From NCBI GenBank assembly GCA_051002235.1, contig JBPCMN010000034.1, forward strand, positions 1,669 to 65,668: a stretch of DNA of 64,000 bases, read 5' to 3'. Position 1 is the stretch's first letter. Every line of letters begins with the position of its first letter. Shown here one piece after another: positions 19,591 to 29,658 of the stretch. Source of the DNA: Acidimicrobiia bacterium. Lineage in GTDB: Bacteria > Actinomycetota > Acidimicrobiia > IMCC26256 > JACDBD01. Below the pieces are notes generated by a model that worked only from the letters and a program-made list of their open reading frames with translations, did no database searches and had not been told where the DNA came from. The translations under genes and the position numbers were made by a program.

Positions 19591-20730
19591 GTGTTCGCGT
19601 TAGCCACCCGCGCCGCGCAGGCGCTCGAGAAGATGTCGTGCGAGCTGGAGCCCGAGCTCCTGGACGGTCGCGACGCGGCGCGCTTGCTCGAGATGGTGGC
19701 GCGCTGGGAGAAGGTGTGTGCCTCGCTCCGGGCGCGCCTGGCGCGCCGCGTCGATGAGACCAAGGTGTGGCGCGACGGCGGACATCGCAGCGCGGCCCAC
19801 TTCGTGGCCGAGACGGCTGGCACCACCGTCGGCGCGGCGGCCCGCGCGCTCGAGACGGCCCGCGCCCTCGAGGAGCTGCCCGAGACCGCGGAAGCGTTCC
19901 GAGCGGGTGAGTTGTCGGAGACGCAGGCAGCGGAGATCGCGTCGGCAGCGAGCGAAGATCCGGGTGCCGAGACTGCCCTCCTGGAAACGGCGGCCGCGAC
20001 AAGCGTGAAGGGCCTGCGCGATCGGTGCCGGCAGGTGCGCGCCGGCGCCCAGCCGGATGATGAGGCATGGGCCCGGCACCTGCACGTGAGCCGGCGCGCC
20101 AACCGCTGGCGCGACAACGACGGCGCCTGGCGCGCCGACATCCGCCTCAGTCCCGATGCCGGCGCCCGGGTCGACTCGGCGTGGGACGCCCACCTCGACC
20201 GGATCTTCGCCGAGGCCCGCCGGGCCGGACACAGGGAACCCCGTCACGCCTACGAGGCCGATGCCTTCGTCGCCTCCGTCACCGAAGGGCCATGCAAGCC
20301 CATCGAAGCTCGACTCGAGGTCACCGCCGCCGCTCTACCCCGCGGCCACACTGAACCGGGCGAACGCTGCGAGATCGCCGGCAGCCCGATCCCTGTCACC
20401 ACCGCTCGCGCCCTGCTCGCCGACTCCCGCGTCACGGTGCTCGCTCGTGACGGCAACGACGTCACCGAGATCTCCGAGCCCACCCGCACCATCCCGGCGA
20501 GGCTGCGCCGCCAACTCGAAGCCCGCTACCCGACCTGTGGCGTCAAGACCTGCGCCAACGACCGTTTCCTCGAGGTCGACCACGTCGTGCCGGTCGCCGA
20601 AGGTGGGCGCAGCAACGCCTGGCGGATCTGCCCCCACCACCACCACTTGAAGACCTACTTCGGGTGGAAGGTGGTCGGCACCACGCATGACTGGGACCTC
20701 GTCCCACCCGACGATCCCGATCCACCGTGA
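19591..20730 (+). CDS. DUF222 domain / HNH endonuclease (13E12-repeat-like)
   Basis: GGAGG SD then GTG 19591; LPETAEAFRAGELS; CGVKTC..LEVDHVVPVAEGG..ICPHHHHLKT; ends PPDDPDPP. Confidence 0.85.
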   Translation: MFALATRAAQALEKMSCELEPELLDGRDAARLLEMVARWEKVCASLRARLARRVDETKVWRDGGHRSAAHFVAETAGTTVGAAARALETARALEELPETAEAFRAGELSETQAAEIASAASEDPGAETALLETAAATSVKGLRDRCRQVRAGAQPDDEAWARHLHVSRRANRWRDNDGAWRADIRLSPDAGARVDSAWDAHLDRIFAEARRAGHREPRHAYEADAFVASVTEGPCKPIEARLEVTAAALPRGHTEPGERCEIAGSPIPVTTARALLADSRVTVLARDGNDVTEISEPTRTIPARLRRQLEARYPTCGVKTCANDRFLEVDHVVPVAEGGRSNAWRICPHHHHLKTYFGWKVVGTTHDWDLVPPDDPDPP

Positions 20731-20747
20731 TCCTGCGCCCGGGCCTG

Positions 20748-23312
20748 TTACTCGGTGCTGATCGCTCGCAACACGTCGAGCTTGGCGGCTCTCCTCGCCG
20801 GGAACAGCGCGGCCACGACACCGGCAAACCCGGCGGCGATCACGATGATGATCAGCTGGCCGACCGACGGGGCGAACTTCTCGAAGCCCTGGTCGCGCAG
20901 TGACTTGATCACGGCGAAGCCGAAGAACACGCCGATCGCAATGCCGATCACCGTGCCGAGCACCGCGATGATCACCGCCTCCCAGCGCACGCTCGAACGC
21001 AGCTGGCGGCGCGTCATCCCGACGGCACGCAGCAGACCGAGCTCGCGGGTGCGCTCGTAGACCGAGAGCGCGAGCGTGTTGGCGATGCCGATGAGCGCGA
21101 TGAACACCGCCAGCACGAGCAGCACGTACACGAGCCCGAGGATCTGGTTGATCTGGCCGCTGAACGACTCCTTGAACTCGGTCTGATCCTGGATCTCGGC
21201 GTTCGGGTAGGGCTTGGCCACCCGCTCCAGTGTCTTCCGGCCCTCGGCCGGGCTGACGCCGTCGGCCAGCCGCACGTACACCTGGTTGTCGACCACCTCC
21301 GGGTAACCGAGGGCATAGCCCTCCAGCGACAATCCGAAATCGCTGAGGCCCTCGCGCTCGCCCGTGCCGTAGATCGTCCGGATCGTCAGCTCGCGTTCCC
21401 CGTTCGGGAACTGCACCGGGATCTCGGTCCCGAGCTTCCACCCCTTCCTGTTCGCAATCCGTTCGGAGACCGCGACGCTGTTCTCGTCCAGGTCGGTGAA
21501 CGTACCCTTGCGGGGGTCGAGCTTGAACAGCTCGAGAACCGTCTCGGGGTCGAACGCCACCAGAAAGTCGTCGTCCCCGTCGACCTTCACCGTGCCGAAC
21601 CGCAGCGGGCTCGACGCCTCCACCTCGGGCAACTCCGCGACCCGGGCGGCGAGGTCGGGGCTGAAGCCGCCGAAGGCGCCGAAGCCGAAGCCGGTGTTCA
21701 GCACGAAGTCGGCTTGGAACGCCCGGTCGACCTGGGCGTTCACCGACTCCTTGAGCGACGACGCCAGCACGGTGAAGAAGCCGACGATGGCGACACCGAT
21801 CATGAGCGCGGCGGCAGTGGCCGACGTACGACGCGGGTTCCGCATCGCGTTCTCGCGGGCGAGCGTGCCCGCCATCCCTCGCAGGCGCGGCAGTGGCCAC
21901 CCGATGACCGCGCACGATGGGCGGGCGAACACCGGTCCGAGCACGGTCGCGCCCACGAATACCGCGAGGGTGCCGAGCGCGACCGCGTAGACGCCCTGGT
22001 CGAGGTCGCCGAACAGACCGAGGAGGATTGCGCCCGCTCCGAAGAGCAGGATCGCGCCACCGACCGTCCCCCGCCGGGCGACGTTCACCGACTGCTCGAC
22101 CGCGACGTCGCGGATCGCCGCGATCGGCGGCACCCGCGCGGCCTTCCACGCCGGGACGAGCGCGGACAGCACGGTGATCACCGTCCCCACCATCAGCGAC
22201 AGGACGACCGTCGACGTCCGGATCACGCTGGCACCGGCGGGAATCTCGAAGCCGAAGCCGTTGAGCGCCACCTTCAACACCGAGGACAGCCCGATCCCCG
22301 CTAACAGGCCGATCAGGGACGCCAGCACCCCGACGACGAACGCCTCGGCCACGACCGACGCGGTGACCTGGAACCGGCTGCCGCCGATCGCCCGCAGCAG
22401 CGCCATCTCCCGGGTGCGCTGGGCGACCACGATCGAGAACGTGTTGAAGATGATGAACGAGCCGACCAGCAGGGCGATGCCGGCGAAGATCACCAGCGGG
22501 ATGCGGATGAACGAGACCAGGTCCTGGATCTCGTTCTGGTCCTCCTCGGTGATCTCGGCGCCGGTGAGGACCTCGAGATCCTTGTCGTCGAGGGCGTCAC
22601 GGATGCGGTCGCGCAGCTGCGCTTCCGACACGCCCCGCTCGGCCACCGCCGCGATCGCGTCGAACTGACCCTCCGCTCCGGCCACGCGCTGGGCCTCGGC
22701 CGTCGTGAATAGGGCGAACGAGGCGCCCGCGGGCCCGTCGGCGTCGCCGAACTTGGCGATGCCGGCGATCTCGTACTCCTGGGGCGCGCCCGATACCACG
22801 AGGATCGAGACGCGGTCGCCGACCTCGAAGTCGCCCTCGTCGGCCGAGCCCTTGTCGATCACGACCTCGCCGGCCGCCTCGGGTGGCCGGCTACCGGGTT
22901 GGAGGCGCCAGGGGTTGAGCTCGTCGACCTCGCTCCAGTTGGACCCGAACGTGGGCGGGCCCTGGCTGGGGTTGCCGATGGTCTCGTCGTCCTTGTCGAC
23001 GAGCTGGGCGTAGAAGTCGATGTCGCCGTCGGCGGCCTTGACGCCGTCGACGGCCGCCACCGCGGGGAGCAGGTCGGCGGGTATCCGCGCCCGCTGCTCC
23101 GGGCCGAAATTGCCCTCGAGCGACTCCTTGCTGCGCACGGCCGCGTCGACACCCGCGTTGACGTCGGCGAAGAGGTCGTCGAACGTCTTCTCGATGGTGT
23201 CGGTCAGCACCATCGTTCCCGACATGAAGGCCACGCCCAGCAGTACCGCGAGCGCGGTGAGGGCGAACCGCAGCTTGTGGGCCCGCAGTCCCTTGCGGGT
23301 GACGCGCCACAC
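20748..23312 (-). CDS. ABC transporter permease (FtsX/MacB-like, duplicated)
   Basis: NTFSIVVAQRTREMALLRAIG; NTLALSVYERTRELGLLRAVG; RNPRRTSATAAAL. Confidence 0.92.
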   Translation of the reverse strand: MWRVTRKGLRAHKLRFALTALAVLLGVAFMSGTMVLTDTIEKTFDDLFADVNAGVDAAVRSKESLEGNFGPEQRARIPADLLPAVAAVDGVKAADGDIDFYAQLVDKDDETIGNPSQGPPTFGSNWSEVDELNPWRLQPGSRPPEAAGEVVIDKGSADEGDFEVGDRVSILVVSGAPQEYEIAGIAKFGDADGPAGASFALFTTAEAQRVAGAEGQFDAIAAVAERGVSEAQLRDRIRDALDDKDLEVLTGAEITEEDQNEIQDLVSFIRIPLVIFAGIALLVGSFIIFNTFSIVVAQRTREMALLRAIGGSRFQVTASVVAEAFVVGVLASLIGLLAGIGLSSVLKVALNGFGFEIPAGASVIRTSTVVLSLMVGTVITVLSALVPAWKAARVPPIAAIRDVAVEQSVNVARRGTVGGAILLFGAGAILLGLFGDLDQGVYAVALGTLAVFVGATVLGPVFARPSCAVIGWPLPRLRGMAGTLARENAMRNPRRTSATAAALMIGVAIVGFFTVLASSLKESVNAQVDRAFQADFVLNTGFGFGAFGGFSPDLAARVAELPEVEASSPLRFGTVKVDGDDDFLVAFDPETVLELFKLDPRKGTFTDLDENSVAVSERIANRKGWKLGTEIPVQFPNGERELTIRTIYGTGEREGLSDFGLSLEGYALGYPEVVDNQVYVRLADGVSPAEGRKTLERVAKPYPNAEIQDQTEFKESFSGQINQILGLVYVLLVLAVFIALIGIANTLALSVYERTRELGLLRAVGMTRRQLRSSVRWEAVIIAVLGTVIGIAIGVFFGFAVIKSLRDQGFEKFAPSVGQLIIIVIAAGFAGVVAALFPARRAAKLDVLRAISTE

Positions 23313-23317
23313 CGCGC

Positions 23318-24079
23318 TTAGCCGCCCAGCTGCTTCATCTCGTCGATGACCTTCTCGGCGGTCGGCTCGGTCATCTCGCCCACGATGCGCCCGTCACCGA
23401 GGAAGACAACCCGGTCGGCGTAGGCCGCGGCCACGGGGTCGTGGGTCACCATGACGATCGTCTGGCCGAAGTCGCGCACCGCCTGCTGCATGAACGCGAG
23501 GATCTCGGCGCCGGCGCGCGAGTCGACGTTGCCGGTGGGCTCGTCGGCGAAGATGATCTCGGGCTTGCTGGCGAGCGCCCGGGCGACGGCGACGCGCTGC
23601 TGCTGGCCGCCCGACAGCTCGCTGGGGCGATGGCGCAGGCGGTCGCGCAGCTGGACGGTGTCGACCACGGTGTCGAGCCAGGCGTCGTCGGGCTTTCGGC
23701 CGGCCAGGGCCATCGGCAGCACGATGTTCTCGATGGCGTTGAGCGTCGGGATGAGGTTGTAGGCCTGGAAGACGAAGCCGACCTTGTCGCGGCGCACGAG
23801 CGTCAGCTCCTTCTCGGAGCACGCGCTCACCTCGACGTCACCGAGGAAGACCCGACCGGACGTGACCCGGTCGAGCCCGGCGAGGCAGTGCAGCAGCGTC
23901 GACTTGCCCGAGCCCGATGGGCCCATGATGGCGGTGAAACGGCTCTTCTCGAAGGCGACGTCGACGTCGTCAAGGGCGCGCACCTCGGCGTCGCCGGTCC
24001 CGTAGATCTTCGACACCGACGAGGCGCGGGCGGCGACGCCGGTGTCCGCGGCGGGCTGGGGTTGGGCGAGCACCGACAC
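23318..24079 (-). CDS. ABC transporter ATP-binding protein (LolD/MacB-like)
   Basis: GPSGSGKS, LSGGQQQ, FADEPTG, VTHD. Confidence 0.95.
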   Translation of the reverse strand: MSVLAQPQPAADTGVAARASSVSKIYGTGDAEVRALDDVDVAFEKSRFTAIMGPSGSGKSTLLHCLAGLDRVTSGRVFLGDVEVSACSEKELTLVRRDKVGFVFQAYNLIPTLNAIENIVLPMALAGRKPDDAWLDTVVDTVQLRDRLRHRPSELSGGQQQRVAVARALASKPEIIFADEPTGNVDSRAGAEILAFMQQAVRDFGQTIVMVTHDPVAAAYADRVVFLGDGRIVGEMTEPTAEKVIDEMKQLGG

Positions 24080-24229
24080 GGCGTTGCCTCCTCGCTGACG
24101 GGGGACGGGCTAGGGGGCCACCGCCACCCTACGAGATGAGCCGTTCCTGAGAGCCGCCTCAGCGGCTCCTGTGCCTGACATCACAGTCGGCCCATACGAC
24201 TCGAACGCCGCCGGGTTCTACTGCCCGCC

Positions 24230-24544
24230 ATGCACACATCGCAGAGGATCGGAATGGCCGTGGGCCTGGGCGCCCTGGCGGTTGCGCTCAGCGGCTGCAT
24301 CGCTCCGGGCCGCGTCCGTGAGCTGCCTGCGTGAGGACGCCGCCGGTGCCACCTGCGCGGGCGTGGGCGACTCGGTGACCTCGACGCGTTCGAGCGGCTG
24401 CTCCGCGAGTTCATCGGCCAGCGCGAGGCCGGCCGGGTCAACGCGCTGACGTTGAGCTGGAGCATCGGGCGGCCCCCGACCGCGGGCTTCGCCGACGAGC
24501 TGTTCGCGGTGGTGGCGGGCTTCGACTCGTCCCAGGTGCAGTGA
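24230..24544 (+). pseudogene. Putative lipoprotein ORF interrupted by in-frame TGA (24332-24334)
   Basis: MHTSQRIGMAVGLGALAVALSGC lipobox; same frame stays open after TGA to 24544. Confidence 0.35.
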
Positions 24545-24592
24545 GCGACGATGCCCGACATCGTCGCCGCCGTCTGATCTCGCGCGCTCGCT

Positions 24593-25459
24593 CTAGTCGG
24601 GAGACTCGGGTGACGCGCGCGTGCCGGCGGGGGTGGCGGTCGCGGCTGGCCCTTGCGTGTACGGCTGCCCCCGCCGGCCCAACCAGACGAACCACGCCGC
24701 GGTGCCCACGCACACGATCGCGCTGACCCACGCGTTGATCCGCATGCCGAACACCTCCTGGGCGGGGTCGACGCGGAGCTGCTCGAAGAAGAACCGCCCG
24801 AACGTGTAGCCCGACAGCCAGAGCGCGACGGTCTGGCCCTTGCGGAACCGGAACCGCCGCTCGGCCCACAACAGGACGCCGAGCAGGATCAGGCAGTAGA
24901 TCGACTCGTAGAGGAACGTCGGGTGGAACGTCGGCTCGGCGAGGAACTCGGCCGGCCGGTGGGCGGGATCGATCTCGAGGGCCCAGGGCAGATCGGTGGG
25001 CTTCCCGTACAGCTCCTGGTTGAACCAGTTGCCCCACCGCCCGATTGCCTGGGCGGTGAGAACGGCGGGCGCCATGCAGTCCATGAGCACGAGCGTCTCG
25101 AGGTGCTTGACCCGGGCGAGCACGACAACCGCGATGACCCCGCCCGCGATCACACCCCAGATCGAGAGGCCGCCCTCCCAGATCTTGACCGTCCCGACGA
25201 TCCCGCCCTCGTCCCAGTCGTACCCCGTGAACAGGTGGTACACGCGGGCCCCGACCACGCCCCCCACGACGACCCACACCACCAGCGCCGAGAAGTCGTC
25301 GCGGTCGTAGCCCCGACGGACCCAGCGGGTCTCGGCGATCTTGCTCCCGACCAACACGCCGATCGCCAGCAGCAGGCCGTAGGCGTGGAGCGGAAACGGG
25401 CCGAGGTCGATGGTGCCGTTGGACGGGCTCGGGATCGACGCCAGCACGGCGCCCATCAT
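24593..25459 (-). CDS. lgt: Prolipoprotein diacylglyceryl transferase
   Basis: LHAYGL, GARVYH, WEGGLSIWG, QAIGRWGNWFNQELYG, HPTFLYES. Confidence 0.95.
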   Translation of the reverse strand: MMGAVLASIPSPSNGTIDLGPFPLHAYGLLLAIGVLVGSKIAETRWVRRGYDRDDFSALVVWVVVGGVVGARVYHLFTGYDWDEGGIVGTVKIWEGGLSIWGVIAGGVIAVVVLARVKHLETLVLMDCMAPAVLTAQAIGRWGNWFNQELYGKPTDLPWALEIDPAHRPAEFLAEPTFHPTFLYESIYCLILLGVLLWAERRFRFRKGQTVALWLSGYTFGRFFFEQLRVDPAQEVFGMRINAWVSAIVCVGTAAWFVWLGRRGQPYTQGPAATATPAGTRASPESPD

Positions 25460-25658
25460 CGCAGGAGCGGCTTCAAGATCGAGGCCGCTTCGTGTCGATA
25501 GGTTGGGATGATGCCTTTCCCCCGTGACCACCGAGGACGGCTCGCAACCGCAGTCGATCTGCGGGCCGTGATGCGCACCACCCGGATCGCCCTCGCCCGG
25601 CTGCGCCGCCAGCGCGAGCCTCGCTAGGCGTCCGCGGGCGAGCAGCGCGACGAACCAC

Positions 25659-26174
25659 GTGACGGTGAGCATCTTCTCGACCCGTCCCGAACCCGAGCCG
25701 CCCGCGGCGGGGCAGGAGTCGGTGTGGGACTACCCGCGCCCGCCTCGGCTCGAGCCGGTCGAACGTCACCTCGTCGTCGTGCTCGGAGGCGAGACGATCG
25801 CCGAAACGGTGCGGGGCTTTCGGGTGCTCGAGACCAGCCATCCGCCGAACTACTACTTCCCTTCCGACGACGTCGTGCCGGGCGCGCTCGACCCGTCCGC
25901 GGGCCGGTCGTTCTGCGAGTTCAAGGGCCGGGCGCAGTACTTCTCCGTGCGGAGCGGCGACCGATTCGAGCTGGATGCGGCGTGGGGATACGAGCGCCCC
26001 AGTCCTGCGTTCGAGGCGATCACTGGGCACGTCGCGTTCTACCCGGCGCGGATGGATGCGTGTTTCGTCGACGGCACGCTGGTCACACCGCAGGAGGGAG
26101 GGTTCTATGGCGGGTGGATCACGCCCGACGTGGTCGGCCCGTTCAAGGGCGGGCCGGGCAGCCGCGGCTGGTGA
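25659..26174 (+). CDS. DUF427 family protein
   Basis: ESVWDYPRPP, RVLETSHPPNYY, SFCEFKGRA, GGFYGGWIT. Confidence 0.9.
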   Translation: MTVSIFSTRPEPEPPAAGQESVWDYPRPPRLEPVERHLVVVLGGETIAETVRGFRVLETSHPPNYYFPSDDVVPGALDPSAGRSFCEFKGRAQYFSVRSGDRFELDAAWGYERPSPAFEAITGHVAFYPARMDACFVDGTLVTPQEGGFYGGWITPDVVGPFKGGPGSRGW

Positions 26175-26186
26175 TCCGCTCGCGGG

Positions 26187-27026
26187 CTATTTGACCAGGC
26201 GCGACATGCGCCGGTCGGCCAGCGGCTTGCCTCCCGTCTGGCACGCGGGGCAGTAGGTCACCTCGTAAGACTCGTACGACACCCGCCGGAGGGTGTCGCC
26301 GCAACGGGGACAGGGCGTGCCGTACCGGCCGTGCACCACGAACTTGTCGCCGAGCTTCGGCTCCGACAGGCCCCCGGTGCGAGCGCGCTCGCCGGTGAGC
26401 GCGTCGGCAAGCGTGTCGCGGATGGCGTCGAGCAATTGCTCGCGCTCCTCGGCGCCGAGCGAGCCGAGCGTCGCGTAGGGCGAGAGCCGGGCGCGCCAGA
26501 GCGCGTCGTCGGTGTGACCGCGGCCGAGGCCGGCCACCGCTCGCTGGTCGCGGAGCAGCGTGTGGACGCGTCGGCGGTCGTTGCCCTCGCGGATCAGTCG
26601 GGCGAACTCGTCCGAGTCGGGCTCGGGGCCCAGCTTCGCCAGGGGGCCGCCGTCGCCGTCAGCCAGCACCCACCACCCCGCCTTGCGCTCGGTGCCGTGC
26701 TCGCGCACGAGCAGGGCGACGCGGTTGTCGAAGCGGAAGCGGACCACGCCGCCCTTGCCGCCGCGCGTCTTCTTGGGCGGGTCCTCGACGTCGACCCGGC
26801 CGGCCTGCGACAGGTGGACGAGCAGGCGAGGACCGTCGAAATCGAGGATGAGGTACTTGCCGCGGCGCCCGGTTCGTCGCAGCGTGCGCCCGACGAGCGA
26901 TTCGGGCGGCGGTGCGACCGTCTTGAGGCCGGAGAACCCGATCGGCTCGACGGCTTCGAGCGCGGCGCCGCCGACGGCGTGCTCGAGCCGCTCCGCCAAT
27001 GCCTGCATCTGGGGAAGCTCGGGCAC
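26187..27026 (-). CDS. Fpg/Nei family DNA glycosylase/AP lyase
   Basis: N-terminal PELP, RRGKYL, H2TH region, zinc finger CPRC...YCPACQ. Confidence 0.9.
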   Translation of the reverse strand: MPELPQMQALAERLEHAVGGAALEAVEPIGFSGLKTVAPPPESLVGRTLRRTGRRGKYLILDFDGPRLLVHLSQAGRVDVEDPPKKTRGGKGGVVRFRFDNRVALLVREHGTERKAGWWVLADGDGGPLAKLGPEPDSDEFARLIREGNDRRRVHTLLRDQRAVAGLGRGHTDDALWRARLSPYATLGSLGAEEREQLLDAIRDTLADALTGERARTGGLSEPKLGDKFVVHGRYGTPCPRCGDTLRRVSYESYEVTYCPACQTGGKPLADRRMSRLVK

Positions 27027-27276
27027 GAGATCAGGGTAGGCGGCGCTCCGGATCGTGGCGGCCCGGTCACTCGACGGCTCGGTTCACCGGCTGAGCTCGA
27101 CCGGGCGCAGGGCCGCGAGCAGCAGTCCGATCAGCATTCTCGGGGGTGAGGGTCGATCGCCCGTTCACGGCGGCGTCGGTGATCCGCGGGCCGAGGCGGG
27201 TGCAGACGAAGAAGAGGTAGAGCAGCCCTACCAACACTGCGCACGCGATCGCAGCGCGAGGAGCCGCCGGACCGCG

Positions 27277-27816
27277 CTACCCGCTGGAGCTGACTGCACC
27301 TGCGCTCTGGTCGTAGGTCGGCGCGCCCTTCGCCCACGCGGGGCCGTCACCCCAGTTGCGGCGGGTGCGCTTCTTCGGGTGGTCGGGGTCGTGCTGCGCG
27401 CACGCGTCGACGTAGGCCTTCATCGTTCGCTGACCTTCCGGGAGCGACCAGAAGTCCTCCTCGAGCGAGAACCGGCCGTTCCCGGCGTACTGGAGAACGG
27501 TCATGGCGGGAAAATCGATCGCCGGTTGCGACGCGTCGGGGTGGTCGCGCCGGTTCTGCATGTACACGACGACGCGCCCGCTCAGGTCGCACACGTGCCA
27601 TTCGTAGACCGTGTACAGCTCCCCGAACTCCACCATGATCGGCTTGATCCAGGCGCGTACCTCCTCGCGGCCGTGCTTGTCGCCGAGGATGTGCTCGACG
27701 TAGGTGACGTCCTCGGTGAAGAGCTCGACCCAGGCATCCCAGTCCTCGTTCACCGCCCCCGCCTGCCAGTAGGCGCGGAACGCCTCCTCCACCTCGTCGA
27801 GGTCGTAGGTCGTCAA
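27277..27816 (-). CDS. NTF2/SnoaL-like domain protein
   Basis: GAGGAGG SD, TTG start; DWDAWVELFTEDVTYVEH..GREEVRAWI..LQYAGNGRFSLEEDFW. Confidence 0.85.
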   Translation of the reverse strand: MTTYDLDEVEEAFRAYWQAGAVNEDWDAWVELFTEDVTYVEHILGDKHGREEVRAWIKPIMVEFGELYTVYEWHVCDLSGRVVVYMQNRRDHPDASQPAIDFPAMTVLQYAGNGRFSLEEDFWSLPEGQRTMKAYVDACAQHDPDHPKKRTRRNWGDGPAWAKGAPTYDQSAGAVSSSG

Positions 27817-27833
27817 CTCGGTTACCTCCTCAG

Positions 27834-29444
27834 TCAGGACTTGTGGGGACGGCGCCGGCCGCGGGGGCGATCCTGCATCCGGCGCAAGATGATCTGGCGG
27901 CGCTCCTGGAGCTCGCGGAACGTGAGCCCCTCGATGTCGGCTGACAAGCCGAACCCGGCCTTGACCGCCTCGAGGTCGAGCGCGGCCCGGGTGGGGTCGA
28001 TGCCGATGTCGTGCACGATCCGCTCGCCGTGGTGTTCGGTGAAGTACGTGTACAGGTGGGCGATCTCACCGAGGATGTCGACGTCGGGCGCCAGGGTCGC
28101 GGTCGCCGCGTTCAGGAACATCAGGTTCTTCACGAACAGCATGAGCTCCTTGGGGGCGCGGGCGCCGTAGCCGAGCAGCTTCTTCGTGAGGTCGCTGAGC
28201 TCGGCGACGAGCTCGTCGGCCGACATCTGGGTCGGGTCCTTGACCGGCCCGTCGAGCCCGAGATCGTGCACGACCGCGTCCAGGTCGGTGTCGAACGGGA
28301 ACGCGCCGAGGTCGCGCAGCGCGGCGAGCTGACCGACGACGTCGCCGGTCGTGCCCGTAACCAAGAGGCGCAGGAACGCCAGCCGTTGGGGCTCGTCGAG
28401 GCGGCCGGTGATGCCGAAGTCGAGGAGCACCGTTCGCCCGTCGGGCTGCACGAACAGGTTGCCGCCGTGCAGGTCGCCGTGGAAGACGCCGTGGAGCATC
28501 GCGCCCTCGAGCGCGGCGATGAGCCCCGAGCGCAGCAGCGCGCTGGTGTCGATGCCGGCGGCCTTCATCGACTCGACATCGTCGAAGGCGAAGCCCCGGA
28601 GGCGCTCCATCACCAGGACCCGCCGCGTGACGAGCGTGGGGTGGGGCCGGGGGACGACCATCGTGCGCTGCCCGGTCTGCGCCAGCACCCGGGCGATGTC
28701 GAGCATGTTCTCGGCCTCGAGGCGGAAGTCGAGCTCCTCGACGATCGTCTCCGCGAACAGCTCGACCAACGCGGGCGGGTTGGCCAGCGCCGACACCGGG
28801 ATCCGGCCCACCAACTTCGGAGCGAGCCAGGCCATGGCGGAGATGTCCGACCGCACCAGCGCCGCCACCCGGGGCCGTTGCACCTTGACGACGACCTCCT
28901 CACCGGTGGTGAGCCGGGCGGCGTGCACCTGCGCCACCGATGCGGCCGCCAACGGCTCCTCGTCGAAGGACGCGAACAGGGAGTGGAGCGGACGGCCAAG
29001 GTCGCGCTCGACGACCGCGCGCACGTCGGCGAACGACTCGGCGGGAACGTGGTCGCGCAGCAGCCGGAACTCGGTCACGAGCTCGGGCGGGAACAGGCCC
29101 TCGCCACCCGAGAGGATCTGGCCCAGCTTGACGTAGGTCGAGCCCAGCCGCTCGAACGCGCGCCGGAGGCGCTGGGAGATCCGGGCGCGGGAGTCCGGGC
29201 GGCGCCGTTCGCGGAGGTACCAGAGGCCGACCGCGGGGACCAGCGCCCGGAGGACGCGCGTCAGCCGGCCGAGCGGCGGGACCCGTCCGGGACGGAGCAA
29301 CCGCGGGACCTCGGCGCGTGTCCGCGCCCGTTCCTCGTCGAGGCCGGCGCGCCAGTCGAGCCGGTCGGGCTCGACCACCCAGGGGCCGTGATCACTGAAC
29401 GCGCCCAGCGCGAGGTCGGGTGACGGGACGGCCGGCTCGGGCAC
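27834..29444 (-). CDS. ABC1/AarF/UbiB family atypical kinase
   Basis: LGSTYVKLGQ, AAASVAQVH, VVVKVQRP, EELDFRLEA, FHGDLHGGN, LDFG. Confidence 0.92.
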   Translation of the reverse strand: MPEPAVPSPDLALGAFSDHGPWVVEPDRLDWRAGLDEERARTRAEVPRLLRPGRVPPLGRLTRVLRALVPAVGLWYLRERRRPDSRARISQRLRRAFERLGSTYVKLGQILSGGEGLFPPELVTEFRLLRDHVPAESFADVRAVVERDLGRPLHSLFASFDEEPLAAASVAQVHAARLTTGEEVVVKVQRPRVAALVRSDISAMAWLAPKLVGRIPVSALANPPALVELFAETIVEELDFRLEAENMLDIARVLAQTGQRTMVVPRPHPTLVTRRVLVMERLRGFAFDDVESMKAAGIDTSALLRSGLIAALEGAMLHGVFHGDLHGGNLFVQPDGRTVLLDFGITGRLDEPQRLAFLRLLVTGTTGDVVGQLAALRDLGAFPFDTDLDAVVHDLGLDGPVKDPTQMSADELVAELSDLTKKLLGYGARAPKELMLFVKNLMFLNAATATLAPDVDILGEIAHLYTYFTEHHGERIVHDIGIDPTRAALDLEAVKAGFGLSADIEGLTFRELQERRQIILRRMQDRPRGRRRPHKS

Positions 29445-29489
29445 GAGGCCAACGTAGTGGCGCACGCTCAAGTAGCAGCTGCCATGGTC

Positions 29490-29650
29490 GGACAGGCGGC
29501 GGGGTTTGCCCGCCGCCGGACCACCAGCTGCGTGCGGAGCGGCGAGCGCAGCGAGCACGACCGGAGAGGGGGACAGGCGGCGGGGTTTGCCCGCCGCCTG
29601 ACCGCCAGCTGCGTGCGGAGCGGCGAGCGCAGCGAGCGCGACCGGAGAGG
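29490..29650. repeat. Tandem duplication of an 81-bp palindrome-containing unit
   Basis: Copies start at 29490 and 29571; each has GGCGGCGGG-gtttg-CCCGCCGCC and GAGCGGCGAGCGCAGCGAGC. Confidence 0.85.
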
Positions 29651-29658
29651 CGCACGAG

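Noticed and set aside
19591-20730. IscB/Cas9-like RNA-guided nuclease or IS transposase
   Set aside because: No RuvC or PLMP motifs, no DDE/Y1 motifs, no terminal inverted repeats seen
24110-24200. Riboswitch or response-regulator boxes upstream of the ABC exporter
   Set aside because: Only a GAGCCG..CGGCTC inverted repeat; no family I can support
29490-29650. CRISPR array
   Set aside because: Only two contiguous near-identical 81-bp units, no unique spacers, no cas genes
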